Assembly: GCA_965215265.1 (NCBI GenBank) | Contig: OZ244048.1 | Span: 4,256,001 to 4,320,000, forward strand | From: Candidatus Poribacteria bacterium | GTDB taxonomy: Bacteria; Poribacteria; WGA-4E; WGA-3G | Reading direction: 5' to 3' | Length of the DNA: 64,000 bases | Position numbers and translations under genes: made by a program | Notes under the pieces: model-generated | The model's input: only the letters and a program-made list of their open reading frames with translations | Told to the model about the DNA's origin: nothing | Database searches by the model: none | Part shown: positions 31,302 through 41,732 of the stretch, one piece after another | How positions within the stretch are numbered: position 1 is the first letter of the stretch | Layout of the letters: every line of letters begins with the position of its first letter

Positions 31302-32021
31302 ATGAAAACGTTGTGTCTTTTTACTCTTATCTTGCTTTGTGTTTCTGCATCTGTGGCAGAGGAGACTTTCTTTTCTGCACTGGAGAGCAAAGCAGAAGTA
31401 GAAAAAGAGGGCGGTGCCGTTGACGGTGGAAGTTTCGCCCCCGGTAAATTCGGAAACGGTTTCGTCAGCGAAGAAGTTGGCGATGTCATTCACTTCCCGG
31501 TTGAAGACCGGTTCGTGAATCTTGATGAGGGAACGGTTGAATTATGGGTAACAATGGGACTAGATGCAAGTGAAGTCACCGGCGAACTTTTTATGTTCAT
31601 GACTTACAAACGGGGTACCGATGCAGTTTTTTTGCAATTTAACACCGGCAGCATTGCCCAGATGCGCATTAAAAGCGCGGGTTCTTGGCATAATGCTAAT
31701 AGCACTCCGCTCGATTGGAAAAAAGGTGAACATCACCACATGGCTGGTACATGGGGCCCGGACGGTTTGAAACTCTATTTAGACGGCGAGTTAGAGGGGG
31801 AAGCCGACTTCAAAAAGGGGCCCACCGTGTTCGCCGAAACCTTTGAAATCAACAACGCCTCTCCGCCAGATCCCAAATTTCCAACGAATTGCGTTGTCGA
31901 CGGGCTGCGGATTTCTGACCATCAGAAGGAAGCCGATGAATTGGTACTGGACGATCCGGCACCTGTCGAACCTATTGCTAAATTAACGACAACGTGGGCA
32001 CGCCTAAAAACAAGAAAATAG
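31302..32021 (+). CDS. Secreted LamG-like protein
   Basis: Signal peptide, EGTVELW, HHMAGTW, LYLDG; tail PVEPIAKLTTTWARLK. Confidence 0.85.
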   Translation: MKTLCLFTLILLCVSASVAEETFFSALESKAEVEKEGGAVDGGSFAPGKFGNGFVSEEVGDVIHFPVEDRFVNLDEGTVELWVTMGLDASEVTGELFMFMTYKRGTDAVFLQFNTGSIAQMRIKSAGSWHNANSTPLDWKKGEHHHMAGTWGPDGLKLYLDGELEGEADFKKGPTVFAETFEINNASPPDPKFPTNCVVDGLRISDHQKEADELVLDDPAPVEPIAKLTTTWARLKTRK

Positions 32022-32123
32022 GCTAATAACATGGGCGGGCAATATCAGATGCCTTGGTCCGGAGGCAGAAATGCCAGCCGGCAGGTCAATTTTGTTCGCC
32101 CGTTACTACTGAGGAACCGATAA

Positions 32124-33191
32124 TTGAAAAAAGAATACGCCCTTTTCGTATCAGGTACCGAAGGCTACCATACGTTCCGAATTCCTGCACTTGTTGTCTC
32201 AAACCGGGGCACGATTTTGTCATTTTGTGAAGGTAGACGCACAGGTGGCGGCGATTCCGGCGATATAGATATCGTCCTAAAACGGAGTTTTGACAACGGA
32301 GAGAGTTGGCAGCCGATGCAGGTCGCCGTCTCTACAGGAACCGATACGGACGGAAACCCTGCCCCAGTCGTAGACCGGAATACCGGCACCGTCTGGCTCC
32401 TTTTTTGTAAGAATCTTGCCGACGGCGCAGAAGGAAAAATTGTCGCAGGGGAAGCACCCCGCACCGTCTGGGTAACCTCAAGCTTAGACGATGGTGAAAC
32501 GTGGGCAGAGCCGAAAGAGATAACCGGCACGACTAAAGCCAATACATGGACATGGTACGCAACCGGGCCCTGCCACGGCATCCAACTGGCAAACGGCAGA
32601 TTGGCCATCCCGTGCGACCATGTCGCTGGAAATGAGCGCGACTACGCTCAGTACGGCTATTCACACCTTATCGTCAGCGACGACAAGGGCCAGACGTGGC
32701 ACATTGGCGGAAAAGCACAACCCGGTACCAATGAAGCTGTGGTTGTTGAAACCGTGAATAAGGAACTCTATTTCAACTGCCGCAACTACGTCCCGCCGAA
32801 GCGGCGTGCGTACGCTTGGAGTACCGATGGCGGCGATACCTTTACCGAATTCGGTTACGCCGAAAATTTGATCGAACCGGTCTGTCAAGCCAGCATGGTA
32901 CGCTATACTGATGGCCAGTCGCACGACAAAAACCGTATCCTGTTCTCTAATCCCGCTAGTCTTACGCGGGAGCGCATGACAATCCGCATGAGTTACGATG
33001 AATGCCGCAGTTGGAGTACAGGCAAAGTACTGCACGCGGGGCCCGCCGCCTATTCAGACCTCTGCATTACCTCTGACATGGATATCTGTTGTCTCTATGA
33101 GCGTGGCGAGACTCGGCCCTACGAGACGTTATCCTTCGCTAAGTTTAATTTGGCATGGCTAACAGATGGAACCGATGCATTGGCGATGTGA
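32124..33191 (+). CDS. Exo-alpha-sialidase (GH33)
   Basis: FRIP motif and Asp-boxes SFDNGESW, SLDDGETW, SDDKGQTW; AAYS. Confidence 0.92.
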   Translation: MKKEYALFVSGTEGYHTFRIPALVVSNRGTILSFCEGRRTGGGDSGDIDIVLKRSFDNGESWQPMQVAVSTGTDTDGNPAPVVDRNTGTVWLLFCKNLADGAEGKIVAGEAPRTVWVTSSLDDGETWAEPKEITGTTKANTWTWYATGPCHGIQLANGRLAIPCDHVAGNERDYAQYGYSHLIVSDDKGQTWHIGGKAQPGTNEAVVVETVNKELYFNCRNYVPPKRRAYAWSTDGGDTFTEFGYAENLIEPVCQASMVRYTDGQSHDKNRILFSNPASLTRERMTIRMSYDECRSWSTGKVLHAGPAAYSDLCITSDMDICCLYERGETRPYETLSFAKFNLAWLTDGTDALAM

Positions 33192-33221
33192 TTTTGTAGA
33201 AGGCATCTCCCGAAAAACTTT

Positions 33222-33399
33222 CTTCCGTCTCAAACCCGATTATGTCAATGCCTACTACAACCGGGGAGTGGTGGAGGCACTCTTAGGGCGCACTAGGGCG
33301 GCGAAGCAAGATTATCAAACAGCACTGAGATTAGCAGAAAAAGCAGGTGATGCGAGTTTGAAAATAGACGTTGAGAAAGCACTCCGGCTCCTTGAATAA
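33222..33399 (+). pseudogene. Orphan C-terminal TPR fragment
   Basis: LKPDYVNAYYNRG..AKQDYQTALRL with no credible start or N-terminus. Confidence 0.6.
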
Positions 33400-33435
33400 A
33401 AATCCGTAGTTCGGACAACAAGTGCACATCGGTCT

Positions 33436-34281
33436 CTACCGTAGATACTCCTCGCCGCGATGTGTCGCAATCCACGTTTTCAGGGGCACGTCCGCGTCCG
33501 TAGGTTGCCACCACCCTTTTATATCTACACCGTCCCCTAGCAGTTGGCGCCGGATCGGGTTGCACTTGGCGAGGAGCTCAGGCGGCATCAGGTTGTAATC
33601 CAAGCCGCGCAGCCAGCGATAACTATATCCCATGAACAGCACCTTCCGCGTGACATCGGAGAAGTTCCAGCCGCGTGAGTGCCAGAGCCGCCGGTCGAAG
33701 AGCACCGCCGTTCCACGTTTAACGAGCAGATCTATCGCGGCATCCGGATCTCCGTCCGGTTCACTTTGCGGCGGTCGGCTGTCAAGTTTATGGCTTCCGG
33801 GAACAATACGCATCGCCCCGTTATCTCTATCCGGTACATCGCTCAACCAGTAACTCACCTTAAGCGAGAGCCGGGGGTGTGGACGTTCCATCTCCGGCAC
33901 CGGTCTACCGCCGTCCTGATGCCAGTGTGCCGCTTTTCGGACGCGCGGTGTCTCCGGCGGTTCAGGCGGATACATGATGAGATGCGAAATGTAGAGTTGG
34001 ATGTTCCACCCCAAAATGTCCCACAGCAACGGGAATACCTTCTTATTGTCGAGCAATTCCAGAAAAATATCGTCTTCAACCACAGTGCAAAACTTTGAGA
34101 GGAGTTTATGTTTTTCGGTGCCGTTTTTCGCCCGCTCTTCCGCATCAATGCGATGCACGACTTCTTCGAGCTTGTCAAGCATGTCCGGTGCAAGGGCATC
34201 CTCTACAACAAGGTAGCCGGTATCGTTGAATGCCTTGAGTTGTTTTTCTGTGGCACAGTAGTTAAGCCAACTGGTGTCCAT
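33436..34281 (-). CDS. PhyH-family Fe(II)/2OG dioxygenase
   Basis: GYLVVEDAL, WHQDG, NGAMRIVPGSH, LWH. Confidence 0.9.
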   Translation of the reverse strand: MDTSWLNYCATEKQLKAFNDTGYLVVEDALAPDMLDKLEEVVHRIDAEERAKNGTEKHKLLSKFCTVVEDDIFLELLDNKKVFPLLWDILGWNIQLYISHLIMYPPEPPETPRVRKAAHWHQDGGRPVPEMERPHPRLSLKVSYWLSDVPDRDNGAMRIVPGSHKLDSRPPQSEPDGDPDAAIDLLVKRGTAVLFDRRLWHSRGWNFSDVTRKVLFMGYSYRWLRGLDYNLMPPELLAKCNPIRRQLLGDGVDIKGWWQPTDADVPLKTWIATHRGEEYLR

Positions 34282-34339
34282 AGTTGTTTCCTCCGAATGT
34301 GAGGTTCATGATTGGCTGTCTTCCTTAAAGGCACGTTCC

Positions 34340-35089
34340 CTATGGAGCCTTTAACTGCCCCCAGGTCATTGCCAGTTTCCGTTTGGCTTCGACAGCAAAA
34401 GAGATGCCTTCCATATCCTGCTGTATCTGTTTTTGCGTCAAGGCAATATTGAGAATACGCAGCTCATCAAGCACACCATCAAGCCATACGTTCTCATTAG
34501 CTTTCTTGCCGATCCAGACAGGGGCTTGATTCTCGTTAATATTCCCTTTTCGTTCAATTTTTCCGTCTTCTTCCCCATCCAGATAGACGCGAACTTCCGC
34601 ACCGTCGTAGACAAGAGCAAGATGGTGCCATGTGTCTAGTTTCATTGTTGACGCGCCTTGTGCAACGGCAGGGTCGCCGGGGGCAGTATAGACAAACCCA
34701 CGAATGGTCCCGCCCGGCGTATCAAACCCCCAGCCACTTTCAGCGACGGCACCTTTTCGGGCAATTGGCGGATGCCCTGCAGGGAAGGTAGCGGGTTTGA
34801 ACCACGCCTCAATCGTCATTTCATCGCCACCGGGCAATAGACTCTCGTGATGTGGAATTTCAATGAGACTGCTTGTGCCGTTAAAGATTAACCCGCCGCC
34901 GTTTTTACCATCCTCTGTCCATTCCGCATCGGTCAGCTCTCCATGATTTTCCATCGGGGACAGGTCTGTCGCTTCATCGCCGGCCTCTTCATCAAAGAGG
35001 TATAGCAGCACGGTGTTCTCTTCCAGTTCAGCCAAAGCGGTTGATGTGACACAGAGGATAAGCACCAGTATCGTTAAAATACGAGTCAT
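34340..35089 (-). CDS. Secreted LamG-like protein
   Basis: LYLFDE, WHHLALVYDG, GVLDELRI; tail AVEAKRKLAMTWGQLK. Confidence 0.85.
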   Translation of the reverse strand: MTRILTILVLILCVTSTALAELEENTVLLYLFDEEAGDEATDLSPMENHGELTDAEWTEDGKNGGGLIFNGTSSLIEIPHHESLLPGGDEMTIEAWFKPATFPAGHPPIARKGAVAESGWGFDTPGGTIRGFVYTAPGDPAVAQGASTMKLDTWHHLALVYDGAEVRVYLDGEEDGKIERKGNINENQAPVWIGKKANENVWLDGVLDELRILNIALTQKQIQQDMEGISFAVEAKRKLAMTWGQLKAP

Positions 35090-35113
35090 TTGGAATACCT
35101 CCTGTCTATAGAT

Positions 35114-35173
35114 CGGCAGGGCAAGGTATTCTTGTCTCTCCTTTCAGGAGAGACAAGAATACCGAACCTGCCG
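35114..35173. repeat. Long palindrome (perfect 18-bp stem plus outer 7-bp stem)
   Basis: GGTATTCTTGTCTCTCCT-TTC-AGGAGAGACAAGAATACC flanked by CGGCAGG/CCTGCCG. Confidence 0.8.
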
Positions 35174-35287
35174 AATTTTTAATCGTTATATTTTTCTGTG
35201 TCTACAGAAACCTTAGCGGTGGTTATATATTCGTGGAATTAGTTTCCAATCGTTTGAGTTGCTTTCGGAGTTTCGCGAGTTCGATTT

Positions 35288-35381
35288 CTTCGTATACTGG
35301 AGCCCCATCAACGTCTAGGTAATCATAACTCGTGTGAAAATATCGTCTGAGCCGTTCGATGCATTGACTCTAAGACGTTCA
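35288..35381. mobile_element. Dispersed ~92-bp element inserted in the 3' end of the Uma2 gene
   Basis: TTCGTATA...AAATATCGTCTGAGCCGT; the displaced tail EIELAKLRKQLKRLETNSTNI* lies beyond it (~35223-35288, minus strand). Confidence 0.7.
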
Positions 35382-35997
35382 ATCGTGCGGCAGCTTCCTG
35401 CTCGGCTCGTGTTTGTAGCAGCACGTTTGTGCGCCGGTCGTAAATACCGATACCGTTATCAAGCGAGGCGAAATCTAACCCTAAGGTTACTGAGGACAAG
35501 AAGCCATCGGGGCGCGGTGAAATTTTAACGTACGCGCCAGGGACAAGTCGAAACCCGAGCAACGCCGATGGTAGATAACACCGATACGGGTCCGAGAGAA
35601 AGTATTCCTTCACTCCCATAGCGGCGTAGATTTTTTTCTTTCCGGCTAGGTCGTTTTCATAGGTGTTTTCGCTGGCGAATTCCATCACAAAGTCTGGCGG
35701 TTTGCCTTCCTCCCACACTTTGTATACCCGTCGCTCTTGCCGGCCAATGCCGAAGGCCACGAAAATATCGGGCAAAATAAATTTACGACGATCGTCCTTT
35801 TCATAAAACATCATCATATTACTCCAGATGTAGACATCAGGAGTGTCTGCGAAATGGGTTTCTAGGATATCTAACACCTTGATAATCTCTCTGAGATGTC
35901 GCTCGGTTTCAGCAATCGGGTTCCCGTCTGATTCAGGATAAACATCTGCTACATCTGGCGGGGTATATGGGATTTGGGAAACGTTTGCGTATGCCAT
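35323..35997 (-). CDS. Uma2-family (DUF820) endonuclease-fold protein with altered C-terminus
   Basis: YPESDGNPIAET..H, PDIFV, KPPDFVMEFAS, K..IYA.MGVKEYFL.DP. Confidence 0.88.
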   Translation of the reverse strand: MAYANVSQIPYTPPDVADVYPESDGNPIAETERHLREIIKVLDILETHFADTPDVYIWSNMMMFYEKDDRRKFILPDIFVAFGIGRQERRVYKVWEEGKPPDFVMEFASENTYENDLAGKKKIYAAMGVKEYFLSDPYRCYLPSALLGFRLVPGAYVKISPRPDGFLSSVTLGLDFASLDNGIGIYDRRTNVLLQTRAEQEAAARLNVLESMHRTAQTIFSHEL

Positions 35998-36172
35998 GAT
36001 TGTATCTCCTTTAGGGACGTTGTCTCTTTTCACTCATCGATTCCTAAATACGTATAAACGCTGTTATGTTAAGTATATCTTCAAGTATCGCGAGTGTCAA
36101 GAAAAAAGAAGATACCATTTTCCGGCCTACAACTGGCTATGAAGCATGCGCATCAAAACTTAGTTCAATAAG

Positions 36173-37387
36173 TTATTCCTCTACCCGTTCAACAATGTCG
36201 CCGGTTTCTCTATCCCGGAAAATCCGTTTGATTCTGCCATCAGGCATCTGCTCGTTTTTGAGGAGCGTGTATCGTTCACCAACGTCGGTCTGTCTTTGTT
36301 GTGTATCGATAACGTCCGTAGACGCACGCCAATCTATGAGCTCGACGGGTTCCCACTGTTTCGACTTGGCGGATTTATAGCAGGCATCGATGATCGCGTT
36401 GACGACGTAACCGTCATAAAACGTCTCGAGAGGTTCTCTGCCGTCATCCATTGCATTGAACATATCTAGAAACATATCCCGGTATCCGAGTTCTGCGACT
36501 TCATCCCCGACCGGAAAGAGCCATCCGGTATCCGTCTCGGCTTTCTCTGCGACGTAACCACCTTGTCCGCTGGCGGTGAACATCTCAAACCCGGTTCGGA
36601 GCCAGTGATTGAGCCAGATAGTGCCTTCGCTGCCAGAGACTTCATCACGCAAATCCATGCCGCCGCGGAATGCCCAACCGACTTCAAATTGCCCCATCGC
36701 CCCACTCTCAAATCGGATAAGCGCTATACCGTGGTCTTCTGCATCGATCGGATGCACGAGAGTGTCTGCCCAGCACATCACCTCAAGCGGTCTGTTATGT
36801 TTTCCGACGAAGTTTCGGATAATCTCGATGCAGTGGCAGCCCATGTCCACGATGGCCCCGCCGCCTGCTTGTTCTAGATCCCAGAACCAATCGCTATGTG
36901 GGCCGGGGTGTGTTTCACGAGAGCGCACCCACAGAATTTTTCCGAGGGCCCCGTTACGCACAGATTCCAATGCTTTGAGGGTTTTGGGCGGGTAAACCAG
37001 ATCTTCGAGATAGCCGCCAAAGACTCCGGCGTTTTCTACAATATCCAACATCTCTTTCGCCTCAGCCGCGGTGCGTCCTAACGGTTTTGTGCAGAGAATC
37101 GCCTTTCCTACCGCTGCAGCGAGTTGCACCGCTTTCAGATGCAAATTATTAGGTAACCCAATGACTACTACATCTGTTTCAGAGTGGTTAATGGCTTCTG
37201 CGAGGTCTGTCGTTGCATTAGGGATGTGCCATTCTTCAGCAAAAGCGTTCGCACGTTCCCCACGGCGCGAGTAAACGACGTGGACGTGGTCTGCGCCACG
37301 TTGATTGTGGAGGGTCATCGTGTAGAACATTCCGATGAGGCCGGTGCCTAACATTGTAATTTTATGGATTTTCAATTCTTCTGGCAT
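36173..37387 (-). CDS. Gfo/Idh/MocA family oxidoreductase
   Basis: [27 protein letters not shown]. Confidence 0.9.
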   Translation of the reverse strand: MPEELKIHKITMLGTGLIGMFYTMTLHNQRGADHVHVVYSRRGERANAFAEEWHIPNATTDLAEAINHSETDVVVIGLPNNLHLKAVQLAAAVGKAILCTKPLGRTAAEAKEMLDIVENAGVFGGYLEDLVYPPKTLKALESVRNGALGKILWVRSRETHPGPHSDWFWDLEQAGGGAIVDMGCHCIEIIRNFVGKHNRPLEVMCWADTLVHPIDAEDHGIALIRFESGAMGQFEVGWAFRGGMDLRDEVSGSEGTIWLNHWLRTGFEMFTASGQGGYVAEKAETDTGWLFPVGDEVAELGYRDMFLDMFNAMDDGREPLETFYDGYVVNAIIDACYKSAKSKQWEPVELIDWRASTDVIDTQQRQTDVGERYTLLKNEQMPDGRIKRIFRDRETGDIVERVEE

Positions 37388-37461
37388 AGATTTCTCCTTG
37401 GTCAGCAGAGATCAGGCACGCCTTTCGGGCGCGCCTACCTCGATTTGCATCTAACTGTGTC

Positions 37462-38592
37462 TTACTGCACCGTATACCCGGCAATCACACCCCAATCGTC
37501 AACTACCCAACAGTGGTCTTTGTCTATAGCAGAGACACCCTTGAAGGTGCTACCGCCGCCGCCTGCTTTTTGGGGATTCCATGTTTTGCCACCATCGGTA
37601 GTGTGCAAGACTACGTTGTAAGCACCAACAGCCCAACCTACCATCCCATCGACAAAAATAATATCGTGCAGATCGTCGTGAGAGTTCGTTGCCTGTTGGT
37701 TCCAAGTCTTACCCCCGTCGATGGTGTGTAGAATTAAACCTTCTTGCCCACAAATCCACCCTATATTTGCATCAAGGAAATGGATACCGAAGAGGTTATT
37801 ATCGAAACCTGGATCTTGTTTCTCCCAAGTTTCACCGCCATCGTTCGTCTGCAAGAGTGTTCCAAACGAGCCGATAATCCAGCCTGTGGTAGGAGAGACG
37901 AAGCGGATATTTTCGAGGTTGTTGCGTGTTTCGCCCACTCTTGCACGTTCTGAGCTTCCTACCCAGGTTTCACCGCCATCAGTAGTTTTGAGAATCGTAT
38001 TCTCAGAACCGGCGATGAAACCGACCTCGGCATTAAGCATCTGGATACCCATCAAGTTAGCCCGTATTCCGCGTGCACGTGGGTTTGCCGCCTGGCCGCT
38101 GGATTCACTCCGTGCCATTTTCCGTGCCCAGGTTTTCCCCCCATCCTCAGTCTTCAGAATAGTGCCTCTACCGCCTGTGATGAAGCCGGTCTTTTCGTCA
38201 ATAAAATAGATGTTGTAGAGATCTGCGGGGCCCCCTCTACCGAAACCGGGTGGCGGTCCGCCGCCTGTACCGGGTGCTCCGGCTCTTTGCCTTGCAGCCG
38301 GTGGGCTCATATCAACTTCCATTTTTTCCCAGGTTTTCCCGCCATCATTTGTTACGAGAATCAATCCGCCTTGCCCGACTACCAATCCGTTTTGGTTATT
38401 GGTAAAATGCACGTCTTGTAGCATGGCGTTAATGCCGTCCCCACGAATGATATCGTCTTCGCGGAGGACAGTCCAATCGGCACCTACGGTGGTGTATAGA
38501 AACAGGCATGCGATGCCGATGAGCATCCCTGGAATGTAAGAAGGGACCCGTCTTTTCGCAGACTGTGGCCGGCTGAGAATCGTCCTTACCAT
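37462..38592 (-). CDS. YCF48-like / BNR-repeat beta-propeller protein
   Basis: Repeated 'GW..G..G.IL.T.DGG.TW' units; N-terminal signal. Confidence 0.88.
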   Translation of the reverse strand: MVRTILSRPQSAKRRVPSYIPGMLIGIACLFLYTTVGADWTVLREDDIIRGDGINAMLQDVHFTNNQNGLVVGQGGLILVTNDGGKTWEKMEVDMSPPAARQRAGAPGTGGGPPPGFGRGGPADLYNIYFIDEKTGFITGGRGTILKTEDGGKTWARKMARSESSGQAANPRARGIRANLMGIQMLNAEVGFIAGSENTILKTTDGGETWVGSSERARVGETRNNLENIRFVSPTTGWIIGSFGTLLQTNDGGETWEKQDPGFDNNLFGIHFLDANIGWICGQEGLILHTIDGGKTWNQQATNSHDDLHDIIFVDGMVGWAVGAYNVVLHTTDGGKTWNPQKAGGGGSTFKGVSAIDKDHCWVVDDWGVIAGYTVQ

Positions 38593-38715
38593 GGTAATCT
38601 CCTTTTCAATTTCAATCGTGCGGCTTACAACCGCACTTGCTGTGCTCTTATACTAGCGCATTCTTTCACGCTATGAGGCAAGCCTTACTTAAAAAAAATA
38701 AGAAAAGGCTTGCTG

Positions 38716-40902
38716 CTAAGATGCCTGAAAAGCATCATAAATCTGACGCGCTTTATCTTCAACCTTTGCTAGATAATTTTGACAAATAAACCTCTGGTAA
38801 AGTTTGGTTAAATCTCCGCGTGCCTCACCGAATGCCTTGGCAAACCGTCGACACTCTGTTTTATCTGCTCCGGAGGCATAAGCCTTCGTCTTCGCGTCGG
38901 TGCCAGATTTCCGGACCTCAACAAATTTATCGCGAAACTGCAGATAAGTGCCATCGCCTACAAACTGGACATTTTCAAGTGTCGTGAAATCTAGGTTCGG
39001 CAGTGCATCTGTGAGGATCGCACGCGCGTCTGATAGGCTAATTTTACCGTCTCGCAAAGCGATGGCGATACCGAGATAAAACAGGTCGTTTTTGTCGCGT
39101 TTTGCTTCCCCATCACGTTTCGCGGCGCGGAGCTTTTCAGGATTAGGTTCAGATTCGTTGTAATAGGTGATATCCTCACGTACATCGCACGTAGCACTGA
39201 TTTGGTTTTCCGTGAAAACTGCATCGAGATAGTCGGACAAGGAAATGTTCGCTTGCTTACAGTGCGCACCAAGTGCTGTAACAAGCACCATCGCTTCCCC
39301 AGCCGATTTTTCACGCATCGCGAGCGCAGTCCGGCCACCCCGGCTTTGGATGAGCTCTTCGGGACCGGTGATCATTCCGCCGCTCTCTTCGCCTGCAAAA
39401 ATGAGTCGTGGCTGCACGCCCAATGAGATTTTCTCTCCGTAGACATCCTCTACAACAACGGGTGCATTGGGTGAATTGCCAAGTTTCGCCTCAATTTTTT
39501 TCATAATCGCCGCAATCTCTTTGAAGCCAACCGGCACATTAATCACATTAACGCGGTTTGCGGCTCCCCACTGGTCCCATGCGAGTGCAGAAGGTGTCGT
39601 CTTAATCATAAAACGCGGGTAATTCTGCCAAAGTCCTGCAGCTTTCAGTTGCTTCGCGTGAAAGTCCATCAACATGAGAAATGCCTGATTGGGCGTATAA
39701 ATCGTTAAAAGCCGTTCTTCATCGAGCATTAAGAAATCAACACCGAGCAGCTCCAGCGTTTTCGCACGAGCTGCCGCCTCTATTTGACATACGATGAGCC
39801 GGTCGCCATCCGGATCCGTCGCTTCAATGATTGTGCCAACCGGTTGTTGCTTAAGCTTTTCTTCATATTTCGCCGATTTAACCACATCAAGTATGCTAAA
39901 ATCACAGCCCAGGTCATAAAATTCCATGTCGCCTGTCTTTGGGTTCCTGTCAAGCTTCCCGATGCTATGATAGAGCGGATCCGCTTGGACGTGGAGCCAA
40001 TGGATGGAGTCAGCAATGCCCAATCGCTCAAAGATTGCACGCATCGGACGGTACATACATCCGCCAACGCAGTCTACAACGATGGACGGTTTCACCGCAC
40101 GAATGAGTTCGAGATTGGCTATAGTGGCTACGCCGGTTTTGAGGTAACCAACATAGAGCTGCACCCCATCGTGAAGTTCATCCAACCCATCTACATCAAT
40201 GTATTCATCAGTGACCGCGCTAAACGGGATTGAGTATCCCTCCGTTTCGGCAATTTTTAGAATTTCTTCAATCTTATTAACAAACTGCAGTGACTCTTCC
40301 GGCAAATATTGGCTACCCTGATTATTAAGATCCTTGGTAGCGTTTTTCGTACTAACAGAATGGCTTGACGTGACATGCTCACCCCCATCCAGATCAAGCA
40401 TGAAGATGAGAAACGATACCATCCAGATGGGCAAGGTACCGAAATCTTTAGGGACGTAAGTCCGAATTCCTTGTGCGGCTTGGATGCGCGCGATGAACTC
40501 CACATATTTCTCTGAATTATAGCGAACCTCGCGGCCCGCGATTTTTGAAATCGGTTTCCCCGCAGAATGCTCTTTCGCAACAAGGCTTTTCCCTAACGTT
40601 GCCAAAACAATCCCTACCTGATTAATCGGAAACCGGGTATCCCACGGGTATAGAATGTTTTGCTGTCCTCGAATACCGGCGGTTGATACTTGTGCTTCTT
40701 TCGCGTAGTTGCCAAACCATTCCCAGAGGTTCAACAGGTCAATCAATTTCTTATCAAGTTGAAACGCAAATGCCTCCGGCGTATCTTGTGGAAAATATGG
40801 AATTTTGAATTCTTGCGGCGTATTCTGTTCAACCACTGCGAAAAGTTGCTGTTCGGTGAGATCCCTTTTTTCTTTATAACGTTCATCGACTGTGATAACC
40901 AT
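38716..40902 (-). CDS. Alpha-D-phosphohexomutase superfamily protein (PGM/PMM-like, long form)
   Basis: STAGIRG, TSSHS (phosphoserine loop), DPDGDRL, GEESGG, RKSGT. Confidence 0.8.
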   Translation of the reverse strand: MVITVDERYKEKRDLTEQQLFAVVEQNTPQEFKIPYFPQDTPEAFAFQLDKKLIDLLNLWEWFGNYAKEAQVSTAGIRGQQNILYPWDTRFPINQVGIVLATLGKSLVAKEHSAGKPISKIAGREVRYNSEKYVEFIARIQAAQGIRTYVPKDFGTLPIWMVSFLIFMLDLDGGEHVTSSHSVSTKNATKDLNNQGSQYLPEESLQFVNKIEEILKIAETEGYSIPFSAVTDEYIDVDGLDELHDGVQLYVGYLKTGVATIANLELIRAVKPSIVVDCVGGCMYRPMRAIFERLGIADSIHWLHVQADPLYHSIGKLDRNPKTGDMEFYDLGCDFSILDVVKSAKYEEKLKQQPVGTIIEATDPDGDRLIVCQIEAAARAKTLELLGVDFLMLDEERLLTIYTPNQAFLMLMDFHAKQLKAAGLWQNYPRFMIKTTPSALAWDQWGAANRVNVINVPVGFKEIAAIMKKIEAKLGNSPNAPVVVEDVYGEKISLGVQPRLIFAGEESGGMITGPEELIQSRGGRTALAMREKSAGEAMVLVTALGAHCKQANISLSDYLDAVFTENQISATCDVREDITYYNESEPNPEKLRAAKRDGEAKRDKNDLFYLGIAIALRDGKISLSDARAILTDALPNLDFTTLENVQFVGDGTYLQFRDKFVEVRKSGTDAKTKAYASGADKTECRRFAKAFGEARGDLTKLYQRFICQNYLAKVEDKARQIYDAFQAS

Positions 40903-41237
40903 CAATGCTCCATTTCGAGTGTAGAATTTTAATAAACATTTTATCATAGTTTTACATTTTTTTGTGGAAAAATGTGGAATTCTGCAATAAACTCAATTTT
41001 CACGGAAAGTACAACTTAGGTATCGTGGAAAGTCAATAACAGTATGCCTTGTAAAAAAATACGCATGACATTTTCCCTTGATTCCTATGCAAAGCCGGTC
41101 TAGAGACAATAAAATTTGCTTGAAAAAAAAGGGGAAAACCTGTTTAATAATAGAAACAGGTCTAAAGGTGCGGTGTGGGCTTTAAAACGCCACCCTAGCA
41201 CCGTATTTAACAGAGTACATAGGAGACATAAAATCAG

Positions 41238-41699
41238 ATGGAAATAGAAAAAAGACTTGAAGAATTAGGCATAGAATTACCATCGCCCGCGGTCCCAGTA
41301 GCCAATTACGTTACAACCGTGCAAACAGGAAATCTTGTCTTTACGTCTGGGCACGGCCCCGGCCCCGGCGAGGGTAAAATCTATAAGAGCCAACTCGGCA
41401 CGGATGCAACAATTGAGGAAGGGTACGCCTCTGCACGCCAGGTGGCAATCGGCTTGTTGAGTACCCTCAAACATGCGTTAGGAGATTTAGACCGGGTTAA
41501 ACAGGTTGTTAAGGTTGTGGGATTCGTGAATTCTGCCCCGGATTTCACTGACCAGCCGGCTGTCGTTAACGGTGCATCAGACTTTTTCGTTGAGGTGTTC
41601 GGTGATAAAGGTAAACACGCCCGCTCAGCCGTAGGCATGGTGCAATTACCCGGTGGCATCCCGGTTGAAGTTGAAATGGTTGTTGAAATTGAGGATTAG
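41238..41699 (+). CDS. RidA/YjgF family protein
   Basis: LEELGIELP..PVANY, NGASDFFVEVFG..GKHARSAVG. Confidence 0.9.
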   Translation: MEIEKRLEELGIELPSPAVPVANYVTTVQTGNLVFTSGHGPGPGEGKIYKSQLGTDATIEEGYASARQVAIGLLSTLKHALGDLDRVKQVVKVVGFVNSAPDFTDQPAVVNGASDFFVEVFGDKGKHARSAVGMVQLPGGIPVEVEMVVEIED

Positions 41700-41732
41700 T
41701 TTCACCAACACGTTATTTGTGCATGAAAGAAG

